This document shows positions 1 to 12,700 of a DNA stretch of 64,000 bases, in pieces. The position numbers were made by a program, and so were the translations under genes. Source of the DNA: Dipteris shenzhenensis (taxonomy: Eukaryota); assembly GCA_047967505.1 (NCBI GenBank), contig CM106538.1. One strand, given 5' to 3'. Numbering within the stretch: position 1 is the first letter of the stretch; the number at the start of each line of letters is the position of its first letter. The notes below the pieces were generated by a model that was not told where the DNA came from, made no database searches, and saw nothing but the letters and a program-made list of their open reading frames with translations.

Positions 1-488
1 ATCCGCTTCAACAATGGCCGATGAGCTTCAGCAACTCGTGAAACATCTTAACAGCTCCCAATAGCCAGTCACAGTAGCAAAAACAGAAAGTCTTTGTTGG
101 CAAAGGTCGAGCTACTCAATCGGCGAGGAATGCCATCAGGCAGGAGCTTCAAGGTGGCTCTGATACCAACTGTTGAAAATGGGGAGAGGGTGAGAGACAC
201 TCAATCACATGATTGGAGACAAGAGCTGAGGCATGAACTGATGTTGATAGATTGTGTTATCATAGCAAGTACATAGCCTCATTCATAGGCTGGGCAAGCA
301 TTATCTTCCCACACAGACACCTCAGATGAGGTCACACACAAGAGAATCTAGATCCTATAATCTAGGGGAGGAATCACACCTACCACATGAGGTGGCACAA
401 GTGCCCTCCAGACTCTTCACACTCACACAACTGTAGGACACTCCTAGGACTCTAGGACCACACACACACTAGGACTCCGATTCCAACA
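1..488 (-). mobile_element. 5' end of an LTR retrotransposon: LTR 171-488 and Met-tRNA PBS 156-168. The rest lies outside the window
   Basis: ggctctgatacca (reverse complement of TGGTATCAGAGCC) lies 2 bp from an LTR with TGTTG...CAACA ends. The LTR abuts LINE ORF1 sequence. Confidence 0.8.
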
Positions 489-1427
489 AAGATTTGGTTT
501 ACCGAAGTGGGAGTCAACCTCACATGCGAGACAGCATGGAGCGTTGGTAAAGCCGAGACCCCAACAAGACCCCTTGTAATGAAACTCCAAACAGCTATGG
601 ACAGGTCTACCCTCATGAGCATGAGGGCAACCTTGAAGGGGACCAGAATATACTTGGATGATGACCTCACATTGCTGCAGCAAGAGCATCGGAGAGAGGG
701 AATGGTACAGGTTATGGCAGCAAGAGATGCAGGTAAATGGGCTGCCTATAGGGATGGCAAAGTGATTATCAGAGAGAGAGCAGACAGGGGAGAAAGGGAA
801 GGAAGAGAAGAGGGAGAAATATACAGCACATGACGGTGTCAGACCTAGGAGACGAGCACCAGGAGGACTGAAAATGGCAGTTTGTAACTGCAACGGCACC
901 CTCTCGTCTGGCCCAGGAGGCTTCCTGGAGACATACACTGACAGGGACATAGTTTTCTATACCGACACGAGAGCCCAAAGAGAGGGCTACCCACCGTGCC
1001 AGGATACACATGGGAATCTGCCCACAGGAAGGAACTAAGGATGGACAGTGGAGTACGAGGCTTTGGGGGTGTGGCTGTCCTCTTCAAGCCAGCCCTCAGG
1101 CCACTCCTTTCAGTGGTTAGGAAAGAGGAACATGCACGGCATATGTGGATTACAGTCCGGATACTAGAGGCATGACCGATCTTCATTGCGGTGTGCTACT
1201 TTCCTCTGGATACATCATCATATGCACGTGAGGTTGCCACAGAAGGGAACAGCCCGTATGAGAGTATACACGATGATATCACAGAGTTCACTAGACAGGG
1301 TGACACCCTCCTCCTTTGTGACTTCAATGCACACACACGGGACAACCAGGTGAGACTACTTGACTTTGCATCCGATTCCCTCATAGTACCAGAGTTAGAT
1401 GCAGTTGAGCTCAGGATTCTGAGACAC
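489..1427 (+). mobile_element. Degenerate RTE-X-like LINE fragment: ORF1 C-terminus and AP-endonuclease
   Basis: ORF 507..833 has LKGTRIYLDDDLT...KWAAYRDGK (ORF1 RRM/CTD-like). It is followed by endonuclease motifs NCNG, CYFP and LLCDFNAH. Confidence 0.75.
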
Positions 1428-2230
1428 TTTGCAGTCCACAAAGCAAGTGTAGACCTTCTGGCGTCTTGACTTCGCCTCCTCGATGATGGCTCTCAGGGTA
1501 AAAATATGATCCAGTGTGAAGTGCTGTCACGGAAGCCTACCTGCCCAAGAGCCTGCTATCCATGATCCATTGTATAACTACTGATCGCCCTCTCCAATAT
1601 CGATCCATAAATCTTAGCCAAAGTGTGACCAATCATGAGAGTGCAGTAGTTCCCAGTATCCATAGGGTCCCCTACCTTATGTATCGGTACAATGGTGTTA
1701 GTGCTCCAAGTAGATGGGAACCCGTGACATACTGCATGGTTGAACAGTTGCGCGGAACCGGGACCAAGACCTCCTGTCCATGTGCGAAGTACTCTGTACG
1801 TAGCCCCTCATGGTCTGGTGCTCTCCGGTTATGCAGACGAAGGAGGGCATTCCTCACGTTCTGCATAGTGAACAAGTGACAAGTAGTGGTCCGTGATGGG
1901 AATGGGCCGTTTCCCCTTTGATAGGACTCCCCAACCAATAGTCGAGTCTCCCTCTCGAAAAGATCAGACCACCTCATCAACCCTGCGAGTGAGAAAAGTC
2001 TGCTTCTTACGTCGTGTCATCCGACGTGAGATGCGATGCATCTCAGATGATGTCAAGTGTCCCAAGGCCTGCTCACATGTGAGGTGAGCTCTCATCTCCT
2101 TACACTCATCATCGTACCAAGGGTTCTAAGGCATCTTTCCAACCGGGGCACATGTGGATCTCCATGGATGAGAACCTCACCCCTCTACAGGTTGAGGAGA
2201 GATGCTCTTTGTTGTAGCAGCGGGATCAGG
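1428..2230 (-). mobile_element. Oppositely oriented fragment of the same LINE group (region leading into RT)
   Basis: LRLHNRRAPDHEGLRTEY (ORF 1672..1980) and IIEEAKSRRQKVYTC match the plus-strand copy (KLHNGRAKDHEGLCTEF). Boundaries are approximate. Confidence 0.7.
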
Positions 2231-2249
2231 CCCGGACGGAGGAGAAGTG

Positions 2250-4262
2250 GGTAGTGGTACGAGAGGGACGACTTCTTACAAGCCCCCGTAGGGCACCAGT
2301 CCCCTTCCCTACAAAGGGAAGCGGGGTCTATGAGACTCACATATCCGAGACCCTATCTTGCACCATTTGGAACTGTAATGGTACCTTATGGTCCGAACCA
2401 TGGAACTTCTCAGAATTCTATACAGGTCACGACGGTCTTTTACACAGAGACACAGCAGAGTCCAGAGCGCCCACTACCAGTAGTCAACAAGTATACATGG
2501 GAGTCTGTCTACAGAGATAAGATGAGGGATACAGGGGGAGTTTGAGGGTCAGGTGGAGTTGCAGTCTTTTACAGATCCACACTTTTAGGGAGATGCATAT
2601 TCCAGGTTTCTTTGGATCCAGATTTCGGCACATGGACAGCCGGGATCTGTTTGTTGCAGTTTGCTACTTCCTCCTTGAGACCTCCCACTTTACTAGAGAT
2701 ATTCGAGGTGAGGATGAGACATCTCCATTTGCAATTTTGCTGCTCTTTATCAGTCCATTGTTGACTTTTCTAGCCGCAGACAAGTCCTCCTAGTTGGGGA
2801 CTTCAACGCATGGACAAGCGCCCGTCAGGTACCACTCCTCGACTTCAAAAATGATTCGACTCTACTGCCAGACATTGACCTTGAGGATGCAAGTATGCTA
2901 CGGGTTTCGGCTGACAGACAGGGTCCGATCAAATCTTATGGGTAGGCCCTATTAGACCTTGGCAGGATGCATGATCTCATTATTTATAATGGTCTTGACA
3001 GATGGCCCGCCTCAGGTGGTTTCACGTGCTTTCCAAATCAGCATTGTTGATTATATCCCCGGCCTTCACATCTCGCATCACTGATTTTACCACAGCACCT
3101 CTCCCTCCAGGGACTCATCATACCTATCTTTTCTTTAGCATTTCCACTCCCCGTCGCACATCACCTTCCACCCCACTGAGTTCTTGCTCCACCTATCATG
3201 ATATACGCTTTGACCACGATCACTCACCTACTTACTCTGGCCATTTGTGCATACTTCTCGCTTATATTGACTTCATACCCCTATTAGAGGATCGCGCTGC
3301 CCTTGTCACCCGCTCACTACACGAGGCTGTCCTTCATGCTTTCCCTCACACCACCCGCTCCACCTGCCCACCACCCCCTAGGACCATACCCTGTAATAGC
3401 TATTACGATGATGAGTGTAAGGCTTTACGCCGTCAGCTCAGATTCAAAACCAGAAACTGTCTTCCGAGTAACCCAGAGACGCTACGCGAGTATTGTCGGC
3501 TAGTACGCAAAAAGAAACTAGACTTCGTTCGTCGAAACGAGGAGGAGCAGCACTCACGTCTGGTATGATTATGCACACACACTTTATGACGTCCCAAATC
3601 AGTCAGTCCCTAACCTCTCACATATGCCACGCCCCACATCCTGCACCCTCTTTACTAGGGGGGGTAAAGCATGCCGTAATGAAACTTCATAATGGCCGAG
3701 CGAAGGATCATGAGGGACTATGCACTGAGTTCATTACATATGGGATTAACCTCCTAGCCCCGATCTTAGCAAAGCTCTTTAATGAAGCTGTTTATTTAGG
3801 GTTTCGACGCATCTGGACCATTAACACTATCTCACCCATCCACAAGGCAATGGATCCCATGAGCCCGAAGAACTACAGAACCATTATGATTAGACATGTC
3901 ATGTCCAAGATTTATGCATTAGTACTTGATTCCGAGATGCGGAGTGTCGAGGACTTAGAGCAACAAGACAAGCCGGATTCCGGCGTGATCAAGAAACCAT
4001 GGACTGCATTCTCATGCTCAGATGTATCATCGAGGAGGCGAGGGCACGGAAGTAGAGGGTTTATTCTTGCTTTGTGGATTTCCACAAGGCATTCGACACA
4101 GTTCCGAGAGCCCGTCTCATACGGCGCCTACAAGATTTGAGTTATGACAAGGAGATCATTTGGGCTGTCATGGCACTTTACAAGAGAGTTTCAGGCAGAG
4201 TCCACACAAGATTTGGGTGGACAGACGAGATCAAGAGCACTATCGGGGTGAAACAAGGGTGT
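2250..4262 (+). mobile_element. Degenerate RTE-X-like LINE ORF2 (endonuclease + RT), truncated after GVKQGC
   Basis: WNCNG, GDFNA, PKNYRTIM, DFHKAFDTVPR and IGVKQGC motifs spread over frameshifted ORFs. Confidence 0.85.
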
Positions 4263-5083
4263 CATTTGAAAAAATAAGAGGTAATTTGAGCATGCAAGGA
4301 TGATAGGATCCTCTCTGAGATACGAACAAAATGTGTCATGATCACGGCCAATTTAGAAAAAGTGTGCAGAAATTACTATCAATAAGACGGATTCTACCAA
4401 CAATTGTTATTTCACTACGAAATTTTAGGCTCACATGACAGTATTTGAGTTTAAAAGTTTAGGATGAATCTTGACTTTAACAATGGGATATGACATCAAT
4501 GTGTGGCCAAACTCTTGTTAACCTTTCCAGACTTAACTTTGAGTTTTCCATTTGACAACAGAAAGCCCACCAACTTGAAACTAGACTCATGCCCTAGCAA
4601 AAAGTGAATAGGGTGTATTCAAACAAAATTAGCTTTATAAATACAAATCAAGGACATGGAAAGGAACTGCATTAAAAGAAATCTTGAAATGAACCAAACA
4701 AAATAGCAACTGTTGAGCCTTGGGATGTCCCTTGTCACATATTATACAACAAAAACCTTGCTGATGTGCATGGTAAGAGCAATCACTTGTCATTTTCCAC
4801 AATAGAAAGCCGTACCACTGATGGCAGTAGACCACAATTAAAAACGTGAAACCCATTGTAGTTGCAACGTGAAAAGGCAATCACTTGTACCTATTAATGT
4901 CCATGAATACAGAAACCGCTCAGGGAAAGAAACTATGGACTTCAACAAAGCAAACATATTTCAAGCACCACAAGAATAGTACGACAATTCAAAAGATTAG
5001 AGAGAGTTAAATATGTTTTCATTATATATTATCCATTGCCAAATTCTTGACTCCATGTGGAATATGTACATTCAAATACTTAC

Positions 5084-5346
5084 GCAAGGCCCTCTGCTGA
5101 ACCAATAGCTATCACAATGCGTTTCCGCCAATCCAAAAGAGATTCAGTTGCATATTGTCCATGAAGATGTGATAACAAGCTCAAGTTTGGCATGTAGTCG
5201 TAAACAATAAGTCTCTCACGACCTTCTGCGCAGTATCCACGCAAGCTTAACAGATTTTTGTGGCGGACTCTACCCAGAATCTCAACTTCCACAGCAAACT
5301 CCATTTCAGCTTTTGAGCTCCATATTTTCAAGCGCTTTACAGCAAT
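5084..5346 (-). CDS. Coding exon 3 of the kinase: IAVKRLKIWSSKAEMEFAVEVEILGRVRHKNLL...IAIGSAEGLA (subdomains II-VIa). Later exons lie left of the window
   Basis: ORF 5080..5331 extended to the CAG acceptor (AG at 5348-5347). Donor GC|GTAAGT at 5083. Phase-0 join to exon 2 gives GSQ|IAVK. No exon with YLH/HRD was seen in 1-5083. Confidence 0.95.
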
Positions 5347-5735
5347 CTGTCAATGGCCACAAAGAATCTAAGATGATCATCCACCAAGGCATCTGGTGGC
5401 TTCTTGCCGGAAGCCTTGGTCAAATTCTCTAGCAGTAAATGAAATCTGTGTAGAAATCTAAATCCAAAACCACCAACTTTTAAAAAGACAGAGGTAAGTG
5501 ACGGTTAAAAGCCTCACCATCCTCCATGTTCTAGACATAAAAGTTTGAAAGAAGACATTCAGCTCATTTGCTCTTTTTTGCATACGTATTCATTAAATAT
5601 GCTAGAAACATACACAAACTTGTCATGTAAAACCAAAATGTACAGGGCGCAATCTGACCACAGAGATAAAGACTACAGTGCCATTTTGTATAACAAGGAC
5701 TAGCTATTTTGGCATTTTCTTGACATCAACACCAT

Positions 5736-6716
5736 TGTTAGTAGAAAGGTGATTGTGTGGGAGCCCCTTACTGTTGCTGGGGCCTAGGGGCCAGCTGGCC
5801 CCCAGTTGGGGGGTCCCAGGGGAGCCAACGGCCCCCTTAATGGGGGTTCGGGGGCGAGAGCCCCCAAGGCAACGGTATAGGGAATATTCCATGGACGACT
5901 AATCGGTACCACCGACTAGGTTGACTGGTTGGCTTCACCGACTAGGTTGACTCGTCGGTTCCATCGACTACATTGATCCAACTACCGCCCTCATAGCTAT
6001 AAAGAGGCGACCTCCCCAGTTGATTATACTAGATCAGATCTTCCAGCAGAGATCTTCCAACTATTATCTCTTCACCTAGTATCTGTCTAGATCACCATCT
6101 AAGCTCCACTGTGGGAGCGCACGGGTGGAGGGAGCCATCATCTGTACTACATCAGTATTAAAGGAAAATTTTGTTCGTCTTGTTTGCTGTGTACTCTCTA
6201 TTCTTTGTTCAGTTTCTATTCTGCTGCGCCGTGTAATTTAACATGGTATCAGAGCCCAGGCGGCGGCTCTAAGGATCGAAGAATAGAAGAGAGGCGAGGG
6301 CTTCAATAGCATACGGAGTGATGGCAACAGGAAGCGGCTCAACAGGAAGTGGCTCGAGTTCAGCAAGCTGCTACTGCACCAACAATCCAGGCGTTGAGGA
6401 TTCGCCCACTAGCCTTCACAAAGATCATCAAATATCCAAGCAAATCGACCAACACAACTTACCAAACGGTGAACACAGTGGCCCAAGCCACAGATACGAC
6501 AGACTTGACACCAGACGGAGGCACATATACATTGGGAGACCTCCCCACACATGCTCACTAGACCGGAGACACGACCCACAAGGGTGACAATGGCGCTTGT
6601 CCGTCCTAGCCGCCACCAGTGCCATCAATCCTAGCTGCCACCCTAGCATTAGCCGGCCCTCAGCTAGCCCATCTTCGTCAGCCCGTCGTCTCCATGTCAA
6701 CCCAAGCTGGGCTGAA
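5736..6716 (+). mobile_element. Truncated LTR retrotransposon: 5' LTR 5736-6243, PBS 6244-6256, start of the internal region
   Basis: TGTTA...TAACA termini, a TATA-like ctataaa near 5997, and TGGTATCAGAGCC immediately after the LTR. No partner LTR seen. Confidence 0.8.
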
Positions 6717-7680
6717 TCCCAGGCCCAGCCTAGGGGTTAGCTTCAGCTTTGGGGGTACTCAGATATGGCCAGCATGGAATGGCCAACTCTTTACTCAAAA
6801 TCCTCCTCAACAACGGCAACCTCAACCAAGGCACGATATGCAACGGTGACAGCCATGATGCCGTCTCCATTTGCATGCAACTACCAACAAGCAGGTTCAA
6901 AGGGACCCATCATTGGGCAACATGAACAGATCTGTTATTTGCAGGAAACAGTCAAAGAGTTAAGGCTGGAGCTGGCAGAAGTAAAGGCTCGACTTCAGGT
7001 TCTAGAAGGGCCTGGCATACAGGCAGTGATTGATGAGGTTGTAAAGTATTGTAAGGCTTCCACCCCTACCCCCCACTTAGTCTCCACAGTCAAGGATTTA
7101 GTTCATAATGAAATACGGACGGCCAAACAGGAGGTCATTGTGGAGTTTGAAGCAAATGTCAAAGCAGCCATGCCCAACAACATGAATTGGATAGCTGACG
7201 AGGATGACAAGCTTGATAATTCTGATGATGATGGTGAAGCTAGAACAGTCTTTATCGACCCTAGTAAAGGTCATGCTATCCTTAGGTTTAATTCACGAGA
7301 TTTATGTCTCAAGATTTTACGACAATCATATAAGCTGAAAGGTGCTAAGCTATGGATAGCCGAGGAACTCACAAAGGCTCAGCTGAAAGATAAAGCTACA
7401 GAATTAGCCAAAGTTAGGGCCAGCAAGAAGGATGATAAATGGGCAGTGTATCGTGGAGGAATAGCAATCATTAAGGAGTTTAAATCAAAACCAAAAAACT
7501 CTCAGTCTTAAAATGATGTATGGCCGACTATATGTTTTCTAGGACATAATCTAGGTACTCTAAATAAATAGCGTTGCTTTATGCACTCTTAGGGAGCTGG
7601 CATGTGCCCTCCATAAACCGATGTATTGGATGGCTTTTCTATTGTCTCGTAGACCTTTATTCTCTTGTGGATGTTCATGT
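6717..7680 (+). mobile_element. ORF1-only non-autonomous LINE-like element, copy 1
   Basis: Contains ORF 6765..7511. A degenerate LINE 3' stem-loop follows about 130 nt after the stop, with no ORF2. A second copy starts at the same base (9297). Confidence 0.7.
6765..7511 (+). CDS. LINE ORF1-like protein, 248 aa (coiled coil, RRM-like region, C-terminal domain)
   Basis: Heptad-like LQETVKELRLELAEVKARLQVLE. LKGAKLWIAEELT...KWAVYRGG aligns with LKGTRIYLDDDLT...KWAAYRDG of the LINE ORF1 at 507-833. Confidence 0.7.
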   Translation: MASMEWPTLYSKSSSTTATSTKARYATVTAMMPSPFACNYQQAGSKGPIIGQHEQICYLQETVKELRLELAEVKARLQVLEGPGIQAVIDEVVKYCKASTPTPHLVSTVKDLVHNEIRTAKQEVIVEFEANVKAAMPNNMNWIADEDDKLDNSDDDGEARTVFIDPSKGHAILRFNSRDLCLKILRQSYKLKGAKLWIAEELTKAQLKDKATELAKVRASKKDDKWAVYRGGIAIIKEFKSKPKNSQS

Positions 7681-7840
7681 TTTAGAGAGCCCTTAGGCCA
7701 CTTGACAATGCTCCAAATTGCCTCACCAACAAGCACTGCATCCATAGTGGGAAATGGCACTACAAGGCATAGGCCATTTTCCGATGGAAATACCGACGCT
7801 TTTTACATTAAAATTTTTTTTTACACACACACACACACAC

Positions 7841-8578
7841 ATCTGCAAGTGTCCAATATACTACGAGATCCGGGGTCACTTTTAATGCCTCTTCAGATAC
7901 AACTTCGGGTTACTTTTCTGCTTTCTCACCTTCCCAGACCAGAGATGTTTGGCTGCCTTTATACATGAGGCAGTTAGACATCGAGACCGCCTACTCAGAT
8001 CACAGAGGCAAGGACGAGATGCACTGGCAGACTCCTCTCAGAGCATGATCATAGAATTTTTTCAGCCTGACCGCACAGGTAATCACCATGCGGACCTACA
8101 ACCCAGCCGGGCCCGGATCCATTGACGCGTCATACTCGATAGAGGATGGACATGCAAATTACACTTGGAGATATTCCTTCCATGTTTCAAGTTGGGGGTA
8201 CGAACAACTGGGGTCACCGCAGCCCTGGTCCAACGTAGAGCTTCCGCCAAGAGATCATGTCGTGTAGCGCCCACGGATAGTCGACAGCACTCTATCTCTG
8301 ACTTTATGTTACCACAACCTCATCGGGCATTGGGCCCTCATGATCTTGAGTTGGATTCTCCGATGTACTTTGATGATCTATGATGATAGTGGTGATGATG
8401 AGGGCCACACTAACATGGACATTATGCTTTTTCTTTGTATTGAGGTTCTTATGACTATGTAGCATGTAGTATGGGGGCTGATGCTTGCTCAGTAGCTCCA
8501 CCCTTTCAGCTTGTTTGTGTCTGGTTTCTCATAGTCTCACAGACCCATCGTTCTTTTGAAGACTCTAATAAACTCCCT

Positions 8579-8633
<55 letters not shown>

Positions 8634-8635
8634 TA
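7841..8635 (+). mobile_element. 5'-truncated RTE-X-like LINE 3' end inserted in a (CA)n tract
   Basis: Translates as CKCPIYYEIRGHF...DQRCLAAF. 3' stem-loop at 8534-8563, then a (CT)n tail. (CA)nT lies on both sides. Confidence 0.8.
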
Positions 8636-8669
8636 TCTTTCTTTCTTTCTTTCTTTCTTTTTTGTGTGT

Positions 8670-8920
8670 GTGTCTATGGGCAGTTTATCGAGATGGGCAG
8701 GCACTCATTCGAGACTTGAACCTAGACCCAAATTCGCTCAATCTTAAACCGATGTTATTTAGGCTAATTTCACAGTAGTATTTGGAAGGTAGTTATGCTA
8801 AAATAATTTTGAGCTGAGATGCCATGTGCACTGGTCGACTTTCTGGTTTATCAAGATGTTGTAAGTCATTTTAACATTTTGCACTTTGTCCCATAGGCCC
8901 GTGAGGCCTACCGACGATGT

Positions 8921-8973
<53 letters not shown>

Positions 8974-9296
8974 ATTTTCTAAGATACAATTAGTATTTAG
9001 TCATGCATCTAAATAATTGGGGCTGAGCTGCCTTGAGCGCTCCCTCAACTCTCTGGGTATCCAGATGTATCTCCAATTTTTTGGTGTGTACTTTGTCCCA
9101 TAGACCCATGAGGTCTTTCGAGGACGTTAATATATCTTTCCTTCTTCTCTAATAGGCTATAATAATTTCGAGCTGAGATGCCATGTGCACTAGTCGACTT
9201 TCTAGTTTATCTAGATGTTGCAAGTCATTTTGACATTTTGCACTTTGTCCCATAGGCCTGTGAGGCCTCCCAAGGACGTTAATATGACTCCCTCCC
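8670..9296 (+). mobile_element. Three short head-to-tail LINE/SINE-like 3' ends
   Basis: Stem-loop + TTAAT + pyrimidine tail at 8888-8971, 9095-9150 and 9247-9296. Segments of about 8798-8924 and 9157-9283 are near-identical. Confidence 0.7.
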
Positions 9297-9728
9297 TCCC
9301 AGGCCCAACCTAGTGGTTAGCTTCAGCCTTGGGGGTACTCAGATATGGCCAGCATGGAATGGCCAACTCTTTCGTCGAAATTGCCCTCAACACCAGCACC
9401 CTCAACTAAGGCATGATATGTGATAGTGACAGCCATGACGCCCTCTCAGTTTGCACGCAACTACCAACACGCAAGTTCAAAGAAAACCCATCATTGGGCA
9501 ACATAAACAGATTTATTATTTGCAGCACACAGTCAGAGAGTTAAGGCTGGAGCTGTCAAAAGTAAAGGCTCGACTTCACATTCTAGAAGGGCCTGGCAAA
9601 CAGGCAGTGATTGATGAGGTTGTGAAGTCTTGTAAGGCTTCCCCCCCTACCCCCCAGTTAGTCTCCACAGTCAAGGACTAGTTCATAAGAAATACGTACA
9701 GTCAAACAGGAGGTCATTGTGGAGTTTG

Positions 9729-12700
9729 TGTTGGTTATGGCAAGTAATGGAAGCTCAGAAATGAGTTATAGAAGGGCAAACACGAGCTGCTGTATTGAAA
9801 ATGCTGCTACAATGAGTAGAGGCTCAAGAGGGAGCCAATATGACAAAGCCCTAGGGCTAAATGCCCTAACTGGACTAAATGCCTCAACTGACCTAGGTGG
9901 TACATGTACTAACTGTACCAATAGTCCTAACTGACTATAACTAGGCCTACAAGGCACATACCAAGGAGTAAGTGGCACCTATGGATAGCCCATAGACTGG
10001 CCTACAAACCCCCCTCCATGGCATGGGCTGAAGTATCATGGGCATGGCTCAAGATACCTGAATATCTAATGTCATGGTTGCACATGTTCATCCTGTAGGG
10101 AATAGCAACCTATGACTAAACAAAGTACACAAATCAAGTTACAAAAGGTACTAAGTTTAAAGCTTGCCGAAAAGCCTCAAACTTAGGTCGAGGTAGAGCC
10201 TTCGTAAATAGATCTGCCAAGTTGTCTTCAGTGGGAACATAAGACAGCCGAATATCACCTACTGATAATCGATGTCTGACGTAGTAATAGTGAACCTCAA
10301 TATGCTTTGTGCGAGCATGGAAAACAAGATTCCGTGCAACAACCAAAGCACTCTGACTATCAGTGAAGATGACAGTAGGAGCAATCCGACATGCATAAAG
10401 ATCTACAAGTAGCTTCCGAAGCCAAACACACTTCATTGTAGTTGTAAAGGGGTGCTTTGTACTCAGCTTCACAGCTAGAAGTAGCAACTGTACTCTGCTT
10501 CTTGCCGAGCCATGAAACACATAAAGTACTAAGCATGAAACAGTTGCCACTACATGACACACGAGTGTCCGAACAACCAACCCAATCACTATCAGTGAAT
10601 CCATGCATGTCAAGTGAAGTATCAACCCCATAAAGGAGGCCTAAATGCTGAGTGCCTTTGAGATATCTGAAGACACGCTTCACGGCATGCCAATGGTGCA
10701 TAATTGGAGTGTGCATATATCTGCTCAACTGTGAGATAGCATACTATAGATCAGGTCTCGTATGGCATAAGTAAATCAAACAACCAACTGCCTCTGCTGA
10801 TAGAGAGTGACATCACATGTACCGCTGCCATCCTCAGAAAAGAAGTGAAAACCAAGCTCTAATGGTGTGGATACTGGCTTCCAATCTGCAAAAGCTGTCC
10901 AATGTACTTGGATTGTGACATCAAAATGCCCCCCTCACTGCTTGCAAATTGGATGCCCAGATAGTAGTGCAAAAGACCAAGATCAAACATAGCAAATGTC
11001 TTCTGCAAATCAAGCTTAAAATCTGCAATTTGCTTAGCATGTGTCCCAATCACAAGCATGTTATCCACGTAAAGGACTAAAATCAGCAAATCTGTCCCAC
11101 ATTTGCGGATGTAAAGGGTGGCCTCTGTAGGGCTGTTCTGAAAGCCAAGTGTGACCAAATGAGTATGAATCCTGGAATACCAAGCCCGAGGTGTCTGCTT
11201 CAATCCATAGAGAGCTTTCTTCAAGCGGCATACCTTTCTTTCAAAACCTTCACCCTCAAAGCCAAGAGGTTGGGAAACATAGACTTCTTCCTGCAAATGC
11301 CCATGAAGGAAAGCTGTCTTGATATCAAGCTGATGTACCTCCCGATGAAAGTGGGCAGCAAAGGCAATAACAATGTGAATAGTAGTGATCCTGGAAATGG
11401 GAGCAAAAGTCTCCTCAAAGTCAATGCCTTGTTGCTGAGCATAGCCCTTAGCAACAAGACGGGCTTTGTAACGGTCCATTGAATCATCAGCTTTCCGTTT
11501 AATTTTATAAACCCACTTAGTTCCAATGGCATTCTTGCCAGAAGGCAAATCACACAACTCCCAAGTTTTATTCTAATGGATAGAATCCAATTCAGCTTGC
11601 ATAGCCTGAATTCAACCAACAATAATTCTGAAAGGCATCTTGATGACATAATGGCTATTCATTGCATTCTGTAACAACCAAGGCATAAGCAACAAAACTA
11701 GCATGCTCTTTCCGCACAGCTGCTCTAGTACAGGCTGGCAGAGGAGTATCTTGTTTGCTGTCTTTTAATGTGTCAAGAAGCCAACGGGGGACCTTTTTGG
11801 GCTCCTCGATTTCAGCTCCTTCCTTGTCAAGATCCCTATGCAAATGGTCCTGATCAATCAGAGGCATATCAGGCTGAATATCTGCCTGCACATGTGGCTG
11901 CAAATGACCAACAGATGGAGGAGGTACAACCTCAGATGGAACATCATCCTGAGCATCGGACGAAAACAAAGACATCAAGTTGTCAAAGATATCTGGGGCA
12001 TCAACAACGAGCTGTTTTTATAGGAACAAAGGCGTAGTGGTAGATTCATCAAACACAACATCCCGACTGACAAAACACTTGCCCGTGCGGGGCTGATAGA
12101 GCTTCTAGCCCTTGCTCTCTAAGCTATACCCAATAAAAATGCACTTGACAGCTTTATCATCCAACTTGGTGCATGTCTGTGAAGGCACATGAGCATAGGC
12201 CAAGCATCCAAAAGTCCTCATGTGAGAAATGTGAGGCTTACGACCCTGTCCAAGCCTCATAAGGTGTGATAGTCTGCAATGCCTTTATGGGACATCTGTT
12301 CAAAATGTAAGTAGCACACATGACGGCATCCAACCACAACTTGTTAGGCAAATGTTTGCCGTTCAACATGCACTTGGCCATCTCCATCACTGACCTATTC
12401 TTCTGCTCAGCCACAGGATTCTATTGAGGAGTATAAGGCACCATGCATCAATGATGTATGCCACGTGAAGCCCAAAAAACAGTAAACTCCTTTGACATGT
12501 ATTCAGCCCCCCGTCTGTATGAAGGTGAGCAATGTGCAGCCCACTCTCATTCTCAGCTAAGGCAATAAAATGCTTGAAGCATGAAGACACTTCAGATTTG
12601 AATTTCAAGGCGAAAATCCAAGCGTACCTGGTGAAGTCATCCATAAAAGTGAGAAAATAATAGAAGCCCCCAAGAGCTGCAACCCTCATGGGTCCACAAA

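Noticed and set aside
6717-6800. Self-cleaving ribozyme at the 5' end of the ORF1-only element
   Set aside because: No hammerhead core was seen and I could not fit an HDV-like pseudoknot by eye. A covariance-model search would be needed.
6765-7511. 248-aa ORF as a nested host gene or env-like gene of the upstream LTR element
   Set aside because: It is homologous to the LINE ORF1 at 507-833, and a second copy occurs without the LTR.
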